Under the pieces are notes generated by a model, which was given only the letters and a program-made list of their open reading frames with translations, did not search any database and was not told the DNA's origin. From the NCBI GenBank assembly GCA_965644495.1, contig CBFFSA010000001.1, positions 496,001 through 560,000 of the forward strand: a stretch of DNA of 64,000 nt, given 5' to 3'. Shown here piece after piece: positions 10,783 to 20,972 of this stretch. The translations under genes and the position numbers were made by a program. Positions within the stretch are counted from its first letter, which is position 1; each line of letters begins with the position of its first letter. This DNA comes from Perkinsela sp. CCAP 1560/9 (Eukaryota; Protista; Euglenozoa: Kinetoplastea).

Positions 10783-11069
10783 AACTTGTGGAAAAAACAA
10801 TTTAAAAAGATGCAAATTAGAAACGGTTGGGAAAACCGCTAGATGCCTACCCAGGACCCAGGAGGGAGTATGGGCAAACGGTGGAAACACTCTACATTTT
10901 TGATCTGTTGAAGGAACTAGGCCAAAAGCTCTTACGGTGTGTTCTGTGAACTGGGGGTACTGTAAATCCCCCTGGACTGTAAATCATTATTTTAAATACT
11001 GACTAAATACTATTTAATCCTACGTGTAAATTTATACAGGAAAGAAACTCACCGCAGAGAAACATTGCA

Positions 11070-11852
11070 TTAGGAGCGCCATGGCTCCTCTGTACTTTTC
11101 GCGTAGTAGGCGGCAACCATTCCAATAACAAGACCACTGACACAACCAAAACTTGTACCTGTGCTTCCGGAGGCATTGCTACTGTCTGCGTTCCCCGCTT
11201 CTCTCCCCTTTTTACTCGATTCTGAGACATTTCCCGTATTAGAGCTCCCCATACCACTTTCCACCGCAGCAAACGCCCCTGAGAAAACCGAAGCTACAAA
11301 AGTGGAGGCAAAAATAAGCGGACTTACGCGACACACGACCAAATGAAACATAACCAGAGTACACATGGATACGACACCTGAAGCCATTGCCCCGGTGGTT
11401 ACCTTTAATGTAGTCGAAGGTTTTCCTTCGCTCTCTTCAAGGTTTCTAACTCCAGCTGTTTCACCAGACTTCTTCATGGGATTTTCTCCGGATGCTTCGC
11501 TTTCCTCAACAGCTCGTGCTGAACGTAGTGGTGCGGTGCTGCCACCACGGTTTAAGGAGGTCATCATGCGCTGTGCCATAGGTGATGCTTTTCTAGGAGG
11601 ATCCCGGGCTGAACAATAGGCACGATAGGCAGTCGCTATAAAAGTGGGAGGACAGAAATGGTTGCGTTTCGTTCTAGATTGAATTGAAACGAACGACTTG
11701 TCCGAGTAAGAAAATAACCTAGCATGTGTGTTGAAATTGTATTCAAATGGGGCGGAAGCGTAGTGATACGTTTTCCGAAGGAAGTACTTGGAGAAGTGCG
11801 AGGATTGCGGAAGCCTTGTGTGATGCGTAGGTAGCAAACCTACTTTTTTCAT
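11070..11852 (-). CDS. hypothetical membrane protein, probably mitochondrial
   Basis: Arg/Ser-rich presequence-like N-terminus, 2-3 C-terminal hydrophobic segments. Confidence 0.6.
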   Translation of the reverse strand: MKKVGLLPTHHTRLPQSSHFSKYFLRKTYHYASAPFEYNFNTHARLFSYSDKSFVSIQSRTKRNHFCPPTFIATAYRAYCSARDPPRKASPMAQRMMTSLNRGGSTAPLRSARAVEESEASGENPMKKSGETAGVRNLEESEGKPSTTLKVTTGAMASGVVSMCTLVMFHLVVCRVSPLIFASTFVASVFSGAFAAVESGMGSSNTGNVSESSKKGREAGNADSSNASGSTGTSFGCVSGLVIGMVAAYYAKSTEEPWRS

Positions 11853-11974
11853 TTTTCTTTGGGAGAGTTTTGTAGGGTTGATATTGTAGTACTGTTTCCT
11901 TCATAAGTATTGGTCGGTACACATACAGTGTAGATGTAATCTTAGTCTGATACAAATATGTCATACATTAATAC

Positions 11975-13198
11975 GGTGAAACTGAACCAATATTCGCACT
12001 TTTCTCAATCTGGCAAAATTTTTACCTGAACGTTTTATCGCTCCTTTCTTTTATTCTGAATCATGGTTCTGCACATTAATTTTATATAGGCATTGTGTTT
12101 TTTGAATCCATTAGTACTTGTTTATTGCTCTTCTCACCTTTTAATGACGTGCACTGGGTGCGGTGGGTGCCGTTCGAAACTTACGATCAGAAGAATTTCT
12201 TCCTGGAGTGAGAATCAATGTCTGGACTGGATGAAAAACCACTCTCTAGTGGCGCAGAAAGTTATTTGCTACAAGAAAAATCACAGAGCTCCGCACACCA
12301 TGGCATTAGTCGGGAATAAATGGGTCTGCACCAAGCATTGTAAAGCGAGGTACGGAGCTATGGGGCCGCTGTTGCCCAGCAAGAGCCAGCGAAGCGCTAA
12401 ACAGACTCTCCTGTACATCGTTTTGTACTCTAGGGGTGGGCGCCATGCGTCTTCAGTGGCGGAAATGGAGTTAAGCGAAAAAACGGTGATTAAATTGCGT
12501 CAATGGCTGGATTCCCTCATGGCCACAGCGCATATACGCCGACGAGTTCGACTGCGATCCAAGGTGACCACAATGCAATGCGATGAAACTTTTTTTTCTG
12601 TCCGAAAGAGGGACGGTTGCCATCGAGCAAAACGTGTTCGCCAAGATGGTAATCAAATTGCTCAGACGATAGCGGTCACAACGAGGGACAACAAATTATC
12701 TGAAATTCTCATGGAATCTGTTCCAAATCGAACATCTCAGAGCCTTCTTCCGAACACCCAGAATCTAGCTTCGGGAAGTCGTACAAAAATTTGGACTGAT
12801 GGTGCCCGCCATAATTTGTCTCTCCGCGGCATATATAAGTGGGAAAGTGTAAACCACAAGAGACAGTGGGTTACGAATGAAGGTGTGCACACTAATACTG
12901 TGGAGTGCGCGAACTCCATGGTCAAGAAGCGTCTAAAGCGGGACGGCAATGTTCTAGGTCGAAAGTTGGAGAAGAGGGGGGATCGAATACAAGCATACGC
13001 AGAGGTATGCACCGGAAGTTTGAAGTGCAATGGGGGTGATACACTGCTTCAAGTCTTACGAAATTTGAAGGAGCACTGCGTATGCCTCCATTTGTAAGAA
13101 GTAATCAAGTTTAAGTGGAGAAAAGTTTAAAGTGTAAGCAAAAAGGGACGTGAAATTTTGAAAATTCATAAATTTGCGAATATTGGTTCAGTTTAACC
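11975..13198 (+). mobile_element. Merlin (IS1595/IS1016-like) DNA transposon, complete copy
   Basis: 24-bp TIRs GGTGAAACTGAACCAATATTCGCA (11975-11998) and 13175-13198 (1 mismatch); perfect 8-bp TSD ATTAATAC at 11967-11974 and 13199-13206. Confidence 0.93.
12144..13097 (+). CDS. Merlin DDE transposase (IS1595 family)
   Basis: N-terminal Cys/His motifs, MQCDETFF, VPNRT..LLP, IWTDG, VNH, GVHTNTVE; uninterrupted ORF; ATG at 12144. Confidence 0.92.
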   Translation: MTCTGCGGCRSKLTIRRISSWSENQCLDWMKNHSLVAQKVICYKKNHRAPHTMALVGNKWVCTKHCKARYGAMGPLLPSKSQRSAKQTLLYIVLYSRGGRHASSVAEMELSEKTVIKLRQWLDSLMATAHIRRRVRLRSKVTTMQCDETFFSVRKRDGCHRAKRVRQDGNQIAQTIAVTTRDNKLSEILMESVPNRTSQSLLPNTQNLASGSRTKIWTDGARHNLSLRGIYKWESVNHKRQWVTNEGVHTNTVECANSMVKKRLKRDGNVLGRKLEKRGDRIQAYAEVCTGSLKCNGGDTLLQVLRNLKEHCVCLHL

Positions 13199-13222
13199 AT
13201 TAATACATATCGTCCAAAAAAT

Positions 13223-16200
13223 CTAAGCTCTCCGCAGACTTTCCCATCTGAGTATCACGCAGCATGTAATACTGAGCATAAGCAAAGTAAGGAGAACACG
13301 AAAATCCAAACTTTGATTGAGCGAATCATAAGCTTGAATTGGATGAATTTTTGTGTAAAATAAATCTGATCCGACGGAAAAAACATGAGAAACACTTTCC
13401 AAGCGATCACCCGAAGATACAATACCCTGGAGGTTCGCAACCAGTTCACTTTGGGTGAGAACTTGTACAGATGACCAAGGCGTATCTTGCTCAACACCTT
13501 CTTTGTGCCTTAAGTCGGAAGACGACTGAAGCCACGTAGAGTCCAGAGAGATAACTTGACCGGCTCGTGTGCCCAGTAGTATTTGCTTCGGTGTGATTCC
13601 ATGCTTCGTTGTTGTCACACCTAAAACGTGAATAATATCAGGTAACTGGAACTGCGTAGTGCGAATGACTGGAAACTGCGTCGTGCGTTGATGATTTGTG
13701 TCCCAGTTTAGTAAATCAAAGAAATAAGATAAAATGTCTACTTTTGCATCAACACGAAGTATTTGATTCTGCTCCGATTTGTTGAAATAATCGGACCCCC
13801 AGGAGGGTGTAGCCCATTCCGGAAAAAGAAACTCAGAAATCGCAAGTACTGAGCTCAATCGGCTTCCAAGAACGTAACTATACAATGCATAATGTTCCAC
13901 TAGAATCAAACTGATGGGTTCCATAGCATCTCTGTGTTGACTATGTCGAAGTACTGATCCTGTAGTACCATCAATAACAAAGAAATTCAATATTGATGTT
14001 TTTGGATTCAGCGATAAGATGCACATTACACTTGCTGCTGATTTTTTATGAAATACGAATTCTGTGGTCTTTTCTTCTGAATGACGCTCGATTCTCCTTG
14101 GTCCACCAGAAGCAACCCGGTACTCACTCCCGTAGCTAAATGGAGAATGGAGCAATCCCTCGTTCGAATGTACGCTGTATTTTACAATCGTATCCTCCGA
14201 CGGAAGACAAAATTTCCACACTACATGATCAGAAGCACTGCTCGCATTCATCGTATCATACGAACTTGCGAAAATGCTATGATCCTTCATGTAATAGTAA
14301 ATAACATCGGAGGCAGTTGACTCCAGACCTTTATCTATTTCTTCTGCATTTTCATGATCACCAGGTTCGATTTTATTCCTCGCACTATAATATTGCACGA
14401 CAGAGGTTAATTTCATCACAACTGAAGAATATGGTATGGACGCGGGTGCCTCATCAGGCGTATACTGAAGAATCTTCCTAAGATTACAGGCTTCGAGAAA
14501 AATTCCCCGACCTGTTTGAGACGACCCAAGCCACACGCGGGTTTCTTTACTATCAATTTCATCGAGATGGAACTCAAAAATCACAATTATATTGAACAAT
14601 CCAGTATGCTGTGAAACATTAAGAAAATGCCGTACTGAATCAAAACCACGTTTTACCTCAATTATTCTTGCACTCGTAAGACGCCATAAGTTCTCCACAT
14701 TTTCAATCAACGACACTCTCCATAAAAAGCTCCCATTTTTCAAGTTCAAAGCATATAGGGATCCGTATGAGTTCAGAAGAAGAAAAGGCACGACGCTAGA
14801 ATGAGATAGTAAGCTTGAGTTTGTTACAATTTTTACGACGGGAACCCCAGATCCTCCACGTGAAATAAACGGCACACCCAATCCATCGTAGCGCTGCCAA
14901 ACAGTAGAAGCATGTGCTACAATATCACCTCCGATGTTAGACTCGTATTTAACGTGCTGTAAACAGAGATCGTTAGAATCAGAAACTATCAAACATAAAA
15001 TTTCCTTGCTTTCAATCAGGTTAGTGCGTAGTGAAGTGCAATGACCAAGTCTTGCGCGATTACGTGCAAGGTTAAGTACAACAGGAGTATGGTCCGTTGA
15101 AGCGGATAAACTTAAGGTAAAGTCATCAACTAGTACTAGAGAGGAAGTATTAGAACCGTGAAGATAATAATCTTCACGACTTTCATTGTCGAAGTCTATC
15201 GACGTGAAACTCCTTCTTACTATTTCAGTGGATCCAGTCTCCCAGGCGTATACCGCACCATTGGATAATAATATAGAGAGCGATGTGTTGGAAAAGTTTA
15301 AGATACGCATAATTCGGAGAGCAACCTTTTCGGAACTAAAATCCGACCTCATAATTTCCGCACCCGCTGATGGAAACATTTCAGAATGATGGACCGAAGA
15401 TGTGTTGTAGCAAAAAAGAAAGGAAGTTTTATCATTTGCTGCCCGTGAATCCACATGACACGCGTAAAAACCGTTAACAGAAAGCTCTGATCTACTTAGC
15501 AGTGAGTTGGTAGAAGAATTTCCAAATGTGATACCGCTAGATTCCCCTTTAGCATTAATTATTGATGTAAGGTGAGCGCGACTCATAGGGAGACAACTTG
15601 TCAAATCAGTACTTGACTGGCTAGACCAGTCATTCCCGCCATTGATAAGACCTTTTAGTGATGTAATTGCGTATCGGCGGAAAAAGGTTGTGTTCGCGTT
15701 CTGCGCGATGTCAAAGATAACAGATCTCTCCCACAAAATAAGAGAGCTGTCTTGTGCACTTCGGCTCGAAAAACAGGAGGCTGTGCCGGCCCCACGCTCG
15801 TCACTTCTCTGACAGTCAGACAGGCTGATAGCTTCAATGCCATCTATAATCGGATACGAGTTTAAAAGTACTCCGCTATCGGAGTTAAAGATCCAGAGTC
15901 GCTTTTGTCTGATTTTCGTGGCACTAGATGTCATACAGCCATATGCAACTAAGAACTCACCATCAGTAGAAAACAAAACTTGAGAAATGTAAGAATCTGT
16001 ACTCGTTGTTTTCTGGTCGATTCGGCATGATGCAGCTAGTGAGTGCCTCCATTTTAATGTGCCAGACTCTGGTAAAGTTTCCTGTGCTACTGGAGAAGCG
16101 AAACTACTTTCCAGAAGTGCTACAGTTCCATCTCGCGTACCTATCGCACTCACAATTTTCGAAGGTGTAGTATAATTAATATACATGTCTTCAGCGCAGA

Positions 16201-16315
16201 TGGGACCAAAATGCTTCCTGTGCCACATTGAATCTTGATATGCTCTTTCGAATCCTTCTACAGGAAGAAGAGAAATAAGTGCCATCAAGGCCACATACAT
16301 TGTGCCAGCGCGCAT
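13223..16315 (-). CDS. EMC1: ER membrane protein complex subunit 1
   Basis: Signal peptide, propeller-like lumenal region, C-terminal GVTTTKHGITPKQILLG, LESVSHVFSVGSDLFYTKIHP...YDSL and terminal TM helix. Confidence 0.88.
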   Translation of the reverse strand: MRAGTMYVALMALISLLPVEGFERAYQDSMWHRKHFGPICAEDMYINYTTPSKIVSAIGTRDGTVALLESSFASPVAQETLPESGTLKWRHSLAASCRIDQKTTSTDSYISQVLFSTDGEFLVAYGCMTSSATKIRQKRLWIFNSDSGVLLNSYPIIDGIEAISLSDCQRSDERGAGTASCFSSRSAQDSSLILWERSVIFDIAQNANTTFFRRYAITSLKGLINGGNDWSSQSSTDLTSCLPMSRAHLTSIINAKGESSGITFGNSSTNSLLSRSELSVNGFYACHVDSRAANDKTSFLFCYNTSSVHHSEMFPSAGAEIMRSDFSSEKVALRIMRILNFSNTSLSILLSNGAVYAWETGSTEIVRRSFTSIDFDNESREDYYLHGSNTSSLVLVDDFTLSLSASTDHTPVVLNLARNRARLGHCTSLRTNLIESKEILCLIVSDSNDLCLQHVKYESNIGGDIVAHASTVWQRYDGLGVPFISRGGSGVPVVKIVTNSSLLSHSSVVPFLLLNSYGSLYALNLKNGSFLWRVSLIENVENLWRLTSARIIEVKRGFDSVRHFLNVSQHTGLFNIIVIFEFHLDEIDSKETRVWLGSSQTGRGIFLEACNLRKILQYTPDEAPASIPYSSVVMKLTSVVQYYSARNKIEPGDHENAEEIDKGLESTASDVIYYYMKDHSIFASSYDTMNASSASDHVVWKFCLPSEDTIVKYSVHSNEGLLHSPFSYGSEYRVASGGPRRIERHSEEKTTEFVFHKKSAASVMCILSLNPKTSILNFFVIDGTTGSVLRHSQHRDAMEPISLILVEHYALYSYVLGSRLSSVLAISEFLFPEWATPSWGSDYFNKSEQNQILRVDAKVDILSYFFDLLNWDTNHQRTTQFPVIRTTQFQLPDIIHVLGVTTTKHGITPKQILLGTRAGQVISLDSTWLQSSSDLRHKEGVEQDTPWSSVQVLTQSELVANLQGIVSSGDRLESVSHVFSVGSDLFYTKIHPIQAYDSLNQSLDFRVLLTLLMLSITCCVILRWESLRRA

Positions 16316-16566
16316 TTTATGAGCTTGTGGTATGTACCGAGGACTTGCTAGAGATATGGTGCTAACTAGGCCCACACTATCGGAAGCAAAGGAGCATCTA
16401 ATTGTGAGTATGGATGTCTTTCAGTAGTGAGTTGAAAATAGTAAAGTTAAACTAAGTTTTGAATAACCGTTTGAATCAAGTGTAGAATATTAAAAGAAAC
16501 AAAAGCATCAAACGAAAATGTCTATCAAGGCAAATAAGTCTGTTTTCAAAAATGTTAGCTGCACTA

Positions 16567-18069
16567 TCAACCAATTTCATTTTGAAGATCTGCTACGTTT
16601 GATCTAAACATTTCAACACAGGAAATTTCTCCTGACCATTGGGTAACTTGTTCGACCGCCCGGGCGCACTCGTTAGGGTTATCCCGGGCAGATTCATGCA
16701 ATTCAAAAAACGTAAGAATAATAGTCGAAATTTTTTGAAGCCATAAACGTTGACCTTCACCGTGAGATAGTCGTGATGTTTTCGAGGCATTTTCGCAGAT
16801 TGATTCCTTAACGTGTTTTCCAAGGTTGGATAGAAATCGCACCAGAGAAAATGTTTCCGTGTGGTTACATGTTTTCATCCCAGTTTGAGTAGAAAAATTT
16901 CGTGTCGGTGTACGCGGCAGTTTTAGCAAAAGTTGACAAAGAAAGCACACGCGGCGCCATCCAACAAAAAATATCCAGAATCGGTTTGGAATACAAGCTT
17001 CCGTTAAGGAACAAAGAGACAGCTCTTGCAACTCATTACACACGCTATAAAGCCCGTTAGAAAGTTTTGCGCAACTCGAGTGCAGAATTTGCTCTGACCT
17101 CACGCTCTGTATGCTTTGTTCATCAATTTCTGGATTTGAACAGAGTGACTCATAAATTGTAAGATCGTTCATATGAGACTGCAACTCACTCCGTACTAGA
17201 TCACTGTATATTTTGCATAGAGTAGGAACGGGATCTTCTGAAGTTGTTAAACGCAAGGCTTCAACTATGGTTGATATAGTGTCATAACTGCGAAAGCTAA
17301 GAGCTTCCGATATGACTGAAAGGAGAAGGCCTCGGAAAGTAGTGGCTGCTTTTTCAAAAAGCATGGCCCTTGTGTTCGAGCGAATAGTGGAACTATTTCC
17401 GACGAACGTTTTGCTTGCTTTTATCTCGCCATCTGCAAGTTGAATATTGTCTAACTTTTTACCCACCTCACGATATCTTTCCTCGATGTTAGCTTCCACA
17501 CACTTAGCGCTTTTCCGCGCATGGGCTCTAATATTTTTGTGTTGCTCCAATATTTCTTTAATTAGAGTCCTTACATAATACATATCTAAACTCACTTTCT
17601 GCTCGTCCACGCCAGACTCCTCTAAGAAATTTTGTCTGAGTGCGAGACATCGCCAATTGCACCTTTCCAACATTTTTATGAAATTGTCAACCAGAACGCA
17701 GTACTCAACGTCTTGTGTCTCAATTATGTTTTTCTGCGGGTAAAATCTTTCGGCGCTGAGAGTATGACCAATCTTTCGCCTAATATTCTCATGCTTTGTG
17801 ACAATATTTTTCATTTGCAAACTTCTCTCCGTTGAATTGGCTTTATCCGATTCCATATTAAACTGAAGAAGAACACTCGCATTTTTACCAGCGCTTTCGT
17901 TTATTCGCTCTTTCCCTTGTTGAATATCAGCTTCAAGTTGCTCGACCGTTTTTATTAAGTCCGCAAAGGAGTAGTCTTTAAAAGTTGTTCGTATGTATTC
18001 CTCAGCACTAAAGCTATCGTCTATGGAGCCGAGATCCGACCGTTGTACCTCTTGGACACTTCCAGTCAT
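16567..18069 (-). CDS. CATCHR tethering-complex subunit (Vps51/Exo84/Sec5-like N-terminus)
   Basis: IDDSFSAEEYIRTTFKDYSFADLIKTVEQLEADIQ N-terminal coiled coil, all-helical remainder. Confidence 0.55.
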   Translation of the reverse strand: MTGSVQEVQRSDLGSIDDSFSAEEYIRTTFKDYSFADLIKTVEQLEADIQQGKERINESAGKNASVLLQFNMESDKANSTERSLQMKNIVTKHENIRRKIGHTLSAERFYPQKNIIETQDVEYCVLVDNFIKMLERCNWRCLALRQNFLEESGVDEQKVSLDMYYVRTLIKEILEQHKNIRAHARKSAKCVEANIEERYREVGKKLDNIQLADGEIKASKTFVGNSSTIRSNTRAMLFEKAATTFRGLLLSVISEALSFRSYDTISTIVEALRLTTSEDPVPTLCKIYSDLVRSELQSHMNDLTIYESLCSNPEIDEQSIQSVRSEQILHSSCAKLSNGLYSVCNELQELSLCSLTEACIPNRFWIFFVGWRRVCFLCQLLLKLPRTPTRNFSTQTGMKTCNHTETFSLVRFLSNLGKHVKESICENASKTSRLSHGEGQRLWLQKISTIILTFFELHESARDNPNECARAVEQVTQWSGEISCVEMFRSNVADLQNEIG

Positions 18070-18445
18070 GCAAACTACGCTGAATGAATAGTACAACCTA
18101 AAGACACTACAGTGCAATTCAACGACAATATCCAATGCTTCTCTGGGAAACCGCTAGGGCAGGAACATTTGCGAAAGATACGTTCATGAAAACTACACGT
18201 GTGCAAAAAGTAAACCACTGAGCGTAAAATTATAACATTAGATTAGTACATGTATGACTTCAGAAGTAAACCATCTGTGTCGGAAGTAAGTTACTAATGG
18301 TAAAGCAGCATGGTGAAGCAAGCAACTCTAATGAAGTGTGAATACGTTTAATACTTTTACTAAATCGTGGTAGGTCAAACAAAAAGGGACAGGCAATAGC
18401 CCAGGACCAAAAACCAAAAAATAAAATTAGCTGTCTTGTATCTAC

Positions 18446-20248
18446 CTAGCACAATTTGCCCTCTGAATCAATGGTTGTATCGTGCATAACCCTTGGGTCA
18501 TCCTTGATTTCATTAGCTACATTGTATATTTGCTGCCAGACATGACGATTTTCGGAAATTAGTGCCATGTGTTCGGATTCTAAGTAGGTAGTCGTCACAA
18601 CATTTTTTTCTTGACGCCCTTTCCAAGAGCTACACACGCGCAGTGAATCTACGGAAATGGTACCATCACCATTGGTGTCGACCACATCCTTCGGAGAATA
18701 TCTATGCTGCGCTTGAGAACTATCGATAGAAAACTTTTGTATTGTGTTCCATCCAGTGCTTATGACGCAGTGTACCGTGACATTCGGAGGACTTTGAGAA
18801 TCGACCTCCGTGTTTAAATGTTTATACGTATTTGCTATTGTATCTAATTTAAAGTCTCTTAGAAGCTGTGTAAGGTTAGCGGCGGAGTACTCCTGATCAC
18901 CTACGTGGACCAGGGAACGGTTACCCCATACTTGACAACGCTCATTGTGGCAAGGAAACGCTGTGTACATGGAAATCCATGACTCGAGGACGGGTTGCGT
19001 GACCCAAAAGGGTGCAGGCCATCCATCATTTTCACCGACAAGAGCGCCACGGATTGCCTTTACGGAGCCACCATAGGCACCGGCGATACTAATCAATCGA
19101 GCAATGTACTTATCTTTCCAGACTTCATCGACGAAGGTGTTCAAGAAGAGGACGGTGTGCACTCCTCCCAGTGAATGCGCTACCAGTGTCACAGATCGAT
19201 TTTGATTCTCCGCATACATTCGCTCGACCCGAGCCTTCAGCTCAGGAAACATCAGAGTGCGCATGTCCAGCGGGGTACGACGAAAATCATAGGGCATTGC
19301 GTCCAGACTATGTCCCGGTTTATAGCGACCGCGACGGAGTATGTGACGCGTCCCGTTCGCAGTGAGTGTCAAGTTCTGTTTTGTACACATTTCACAAGGA
19401 AAGTGGTTCTCGTCTATGATCCTTGAATCGACAGTGTCTGTCATGAACTCAAAGAAACCTTTCATATACGCCGTAGCATCACAAGTGAAAGTATTCGCAG
19501 GATTGTAACAGCTCACTGCTCGAATACGATCTTCCAGCGGACGAATCGAAATTCCTGGTGGATTTTGTGTTGTACCATTTGGATGTAACTTCAGACGCAT
19601 AATTTCACGCCAGCATCGAAACCGAAGTGCGATTCCTTGTAGATCAAACCAAATTTTAGACCAATCTAAGCTCTTGCTACACTCCAAAGGCAACCAATTA
19701 GCCTTTTCTCGTCTTTCTTCTAAGACCGATCCCATAGTACCTGGAATGACCAGAATCGGAGATGGAGACTCTGCATCTTCCAGTTCAGAACAATGAGTAC
19801 ATTGACTTTGTTTGAAATCCGTGGATCCCCCAAACAGTAATTCAAGCAGTGTACGCCGTCCCTCTGTTTGCTCTTGATCAATGTTGAACAAGCCCAGTGG
19901 TTCGTTGGGTAATGCGGCAAACCCTTCCGACAGAGGCATTCCTTGCACTACTTTCTCGTATTCACGTTTCGCCTTTCTTCTTCGAACCAGAATTTCATCA
20001 AAATCTACCGTGTTGATTGTGGAGCAATTCGCTAGATTCGAAAAAGACTTAGTGCCAAGCGTACTCTTTCTTAATGAGGTTGACACTTTACCGGAAGCTT
20101 CTACATGAGTGATACCCCATGAATGCTGAAAAATCTTTCGTGACCTCCATACCGACGCAAGCTGACAATTTTTAACATCTTCAGATGAATACACTGACTT
20201 TGGAAGCAGGAAGATCCAGAAGTGCAGTAGCCTGAGAAGTATAATCAT
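18446..20248 (-). CDS. LCAT / group XV phospholipase A2-like protein
   Basis: ILVIPGTMGSVLE, PYDFRR, VAHSLGG, GDGTIS, EHMALI; signal peptide. Confidence 0.92.
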   Translation of the reverse strand: MIILLRLLHFWIFLLPKSVYSSEDVKNCQLASVWRSRKIFQHSWGITHVEASGKVSTSLRKSTLGTKSFSNLANCSTINTVDFDEILVRRRKAKREYEKVVQGMPLSEGFAALPNEPLGLFNIDQEQTEGRRTLLELLFGGSTDFKQSQCTHCSELEDAESPSPILVIPGTMGSVLEERREKANWLPLECSKSLDWSKIWFDLQGIALRFRCWREIMRLKLHPNGTTQNPPGISIRPLEDRIRAVSCYNPANTFTCDATAYMKGFFEFMTDTVDSRIIDENHFPCEMCTKQNLTLTANGTRHILRRGRYKPGHSLDAMPYDFRRTPLDMRTLMFPELKARVERMYAENQNRSVTLVAHSLGGVHTVLFLNTFVDEVWKDKYIARLISIAGAYGGSVKAIRGALVGENDGWPAPFWVTQPVLESWISMYTAFPCHNERCQVWGNRSLVHVGDQEYSAANLTQLLRDFKLDTIANTYKHLNTEVDSQSPPNVTVHCVISTGWNTIQKFSIDSSQAQHRYSPKDVVDTNGDGTISVDSLRVCSSWKGRQEKNVVTTTYLESEHMALISENRHVWQQIYNVANEIKDDPRVMHDTTIDSEGKLC

Positions 20249-20972
20249 AATAAACTGCTACTAAAGTACATGTAGAAGTGACCTTACGAAATCTTAAATC
20301 TTGGCGAATAGAATATACTATAGAATAGAATATACAAAGAGACTGTACAAAGTTGTACTGCAGAAATATTACTACTAGTATGTTACTACTAATAGTATAA
20401 AGTACTTGTGATTCAGATGAAATTCTACATAAAGAAGCACGATACGCGTGCGTTACTTTTCAGACTCACTCAAACACAACCAGGCATTAGGCAAGAATTA
20501 GTAGCCGGGTTAAAAAGGCAGTTCTGCAAAGAGACATGGCTTCCCAAATACGGCGCACAAAAAGCCGTATCAAACGCTTCTCTAGCCGTGTCAACCAGTT
20601 ACGCATAGGTATGATACAATCATGCATACTTTAATGATACGTAACTTAATTGCAAACTACATAGCGCTTTAGCAACACCACGTACTTCTTCCACGCGATT
20701 CAAAAACTAAAAACCAGCTTAACCATGTTTTCTACACAGAAGACGCTGAATAGTTATTGAAGAGAGGTCGATACACGACAATAAATTCAAACACAACACA
20801 AGCCTATCCAGTTGGCAAAATTTAAAAATGATCCCACATCAGATTCGTGAAACCCGAACAGCCTTAGGCCAAATGCATGACGAAATAAACTAAAGCAGGA
20901 GCCACGTTCTATCTCACTTAAAAACGAAATTCATTTAAAATTGAGGATCAGACAGTAGCAGCACAATAGAGC

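Noticed and set aside
10946-10959. GTGAACTGGGGGTA, resembling the 52-kb MITE terminus, upstream of the LRR gene
   Set aside because: Needs an insertion to match, has no TA TSD and no convincing partner TIR
11975-13198. Bacterial IS1595 contamination
   Set aside because: Integrated between eukaryotic genes with a TSD; fits the eukaryotic Merlin branch
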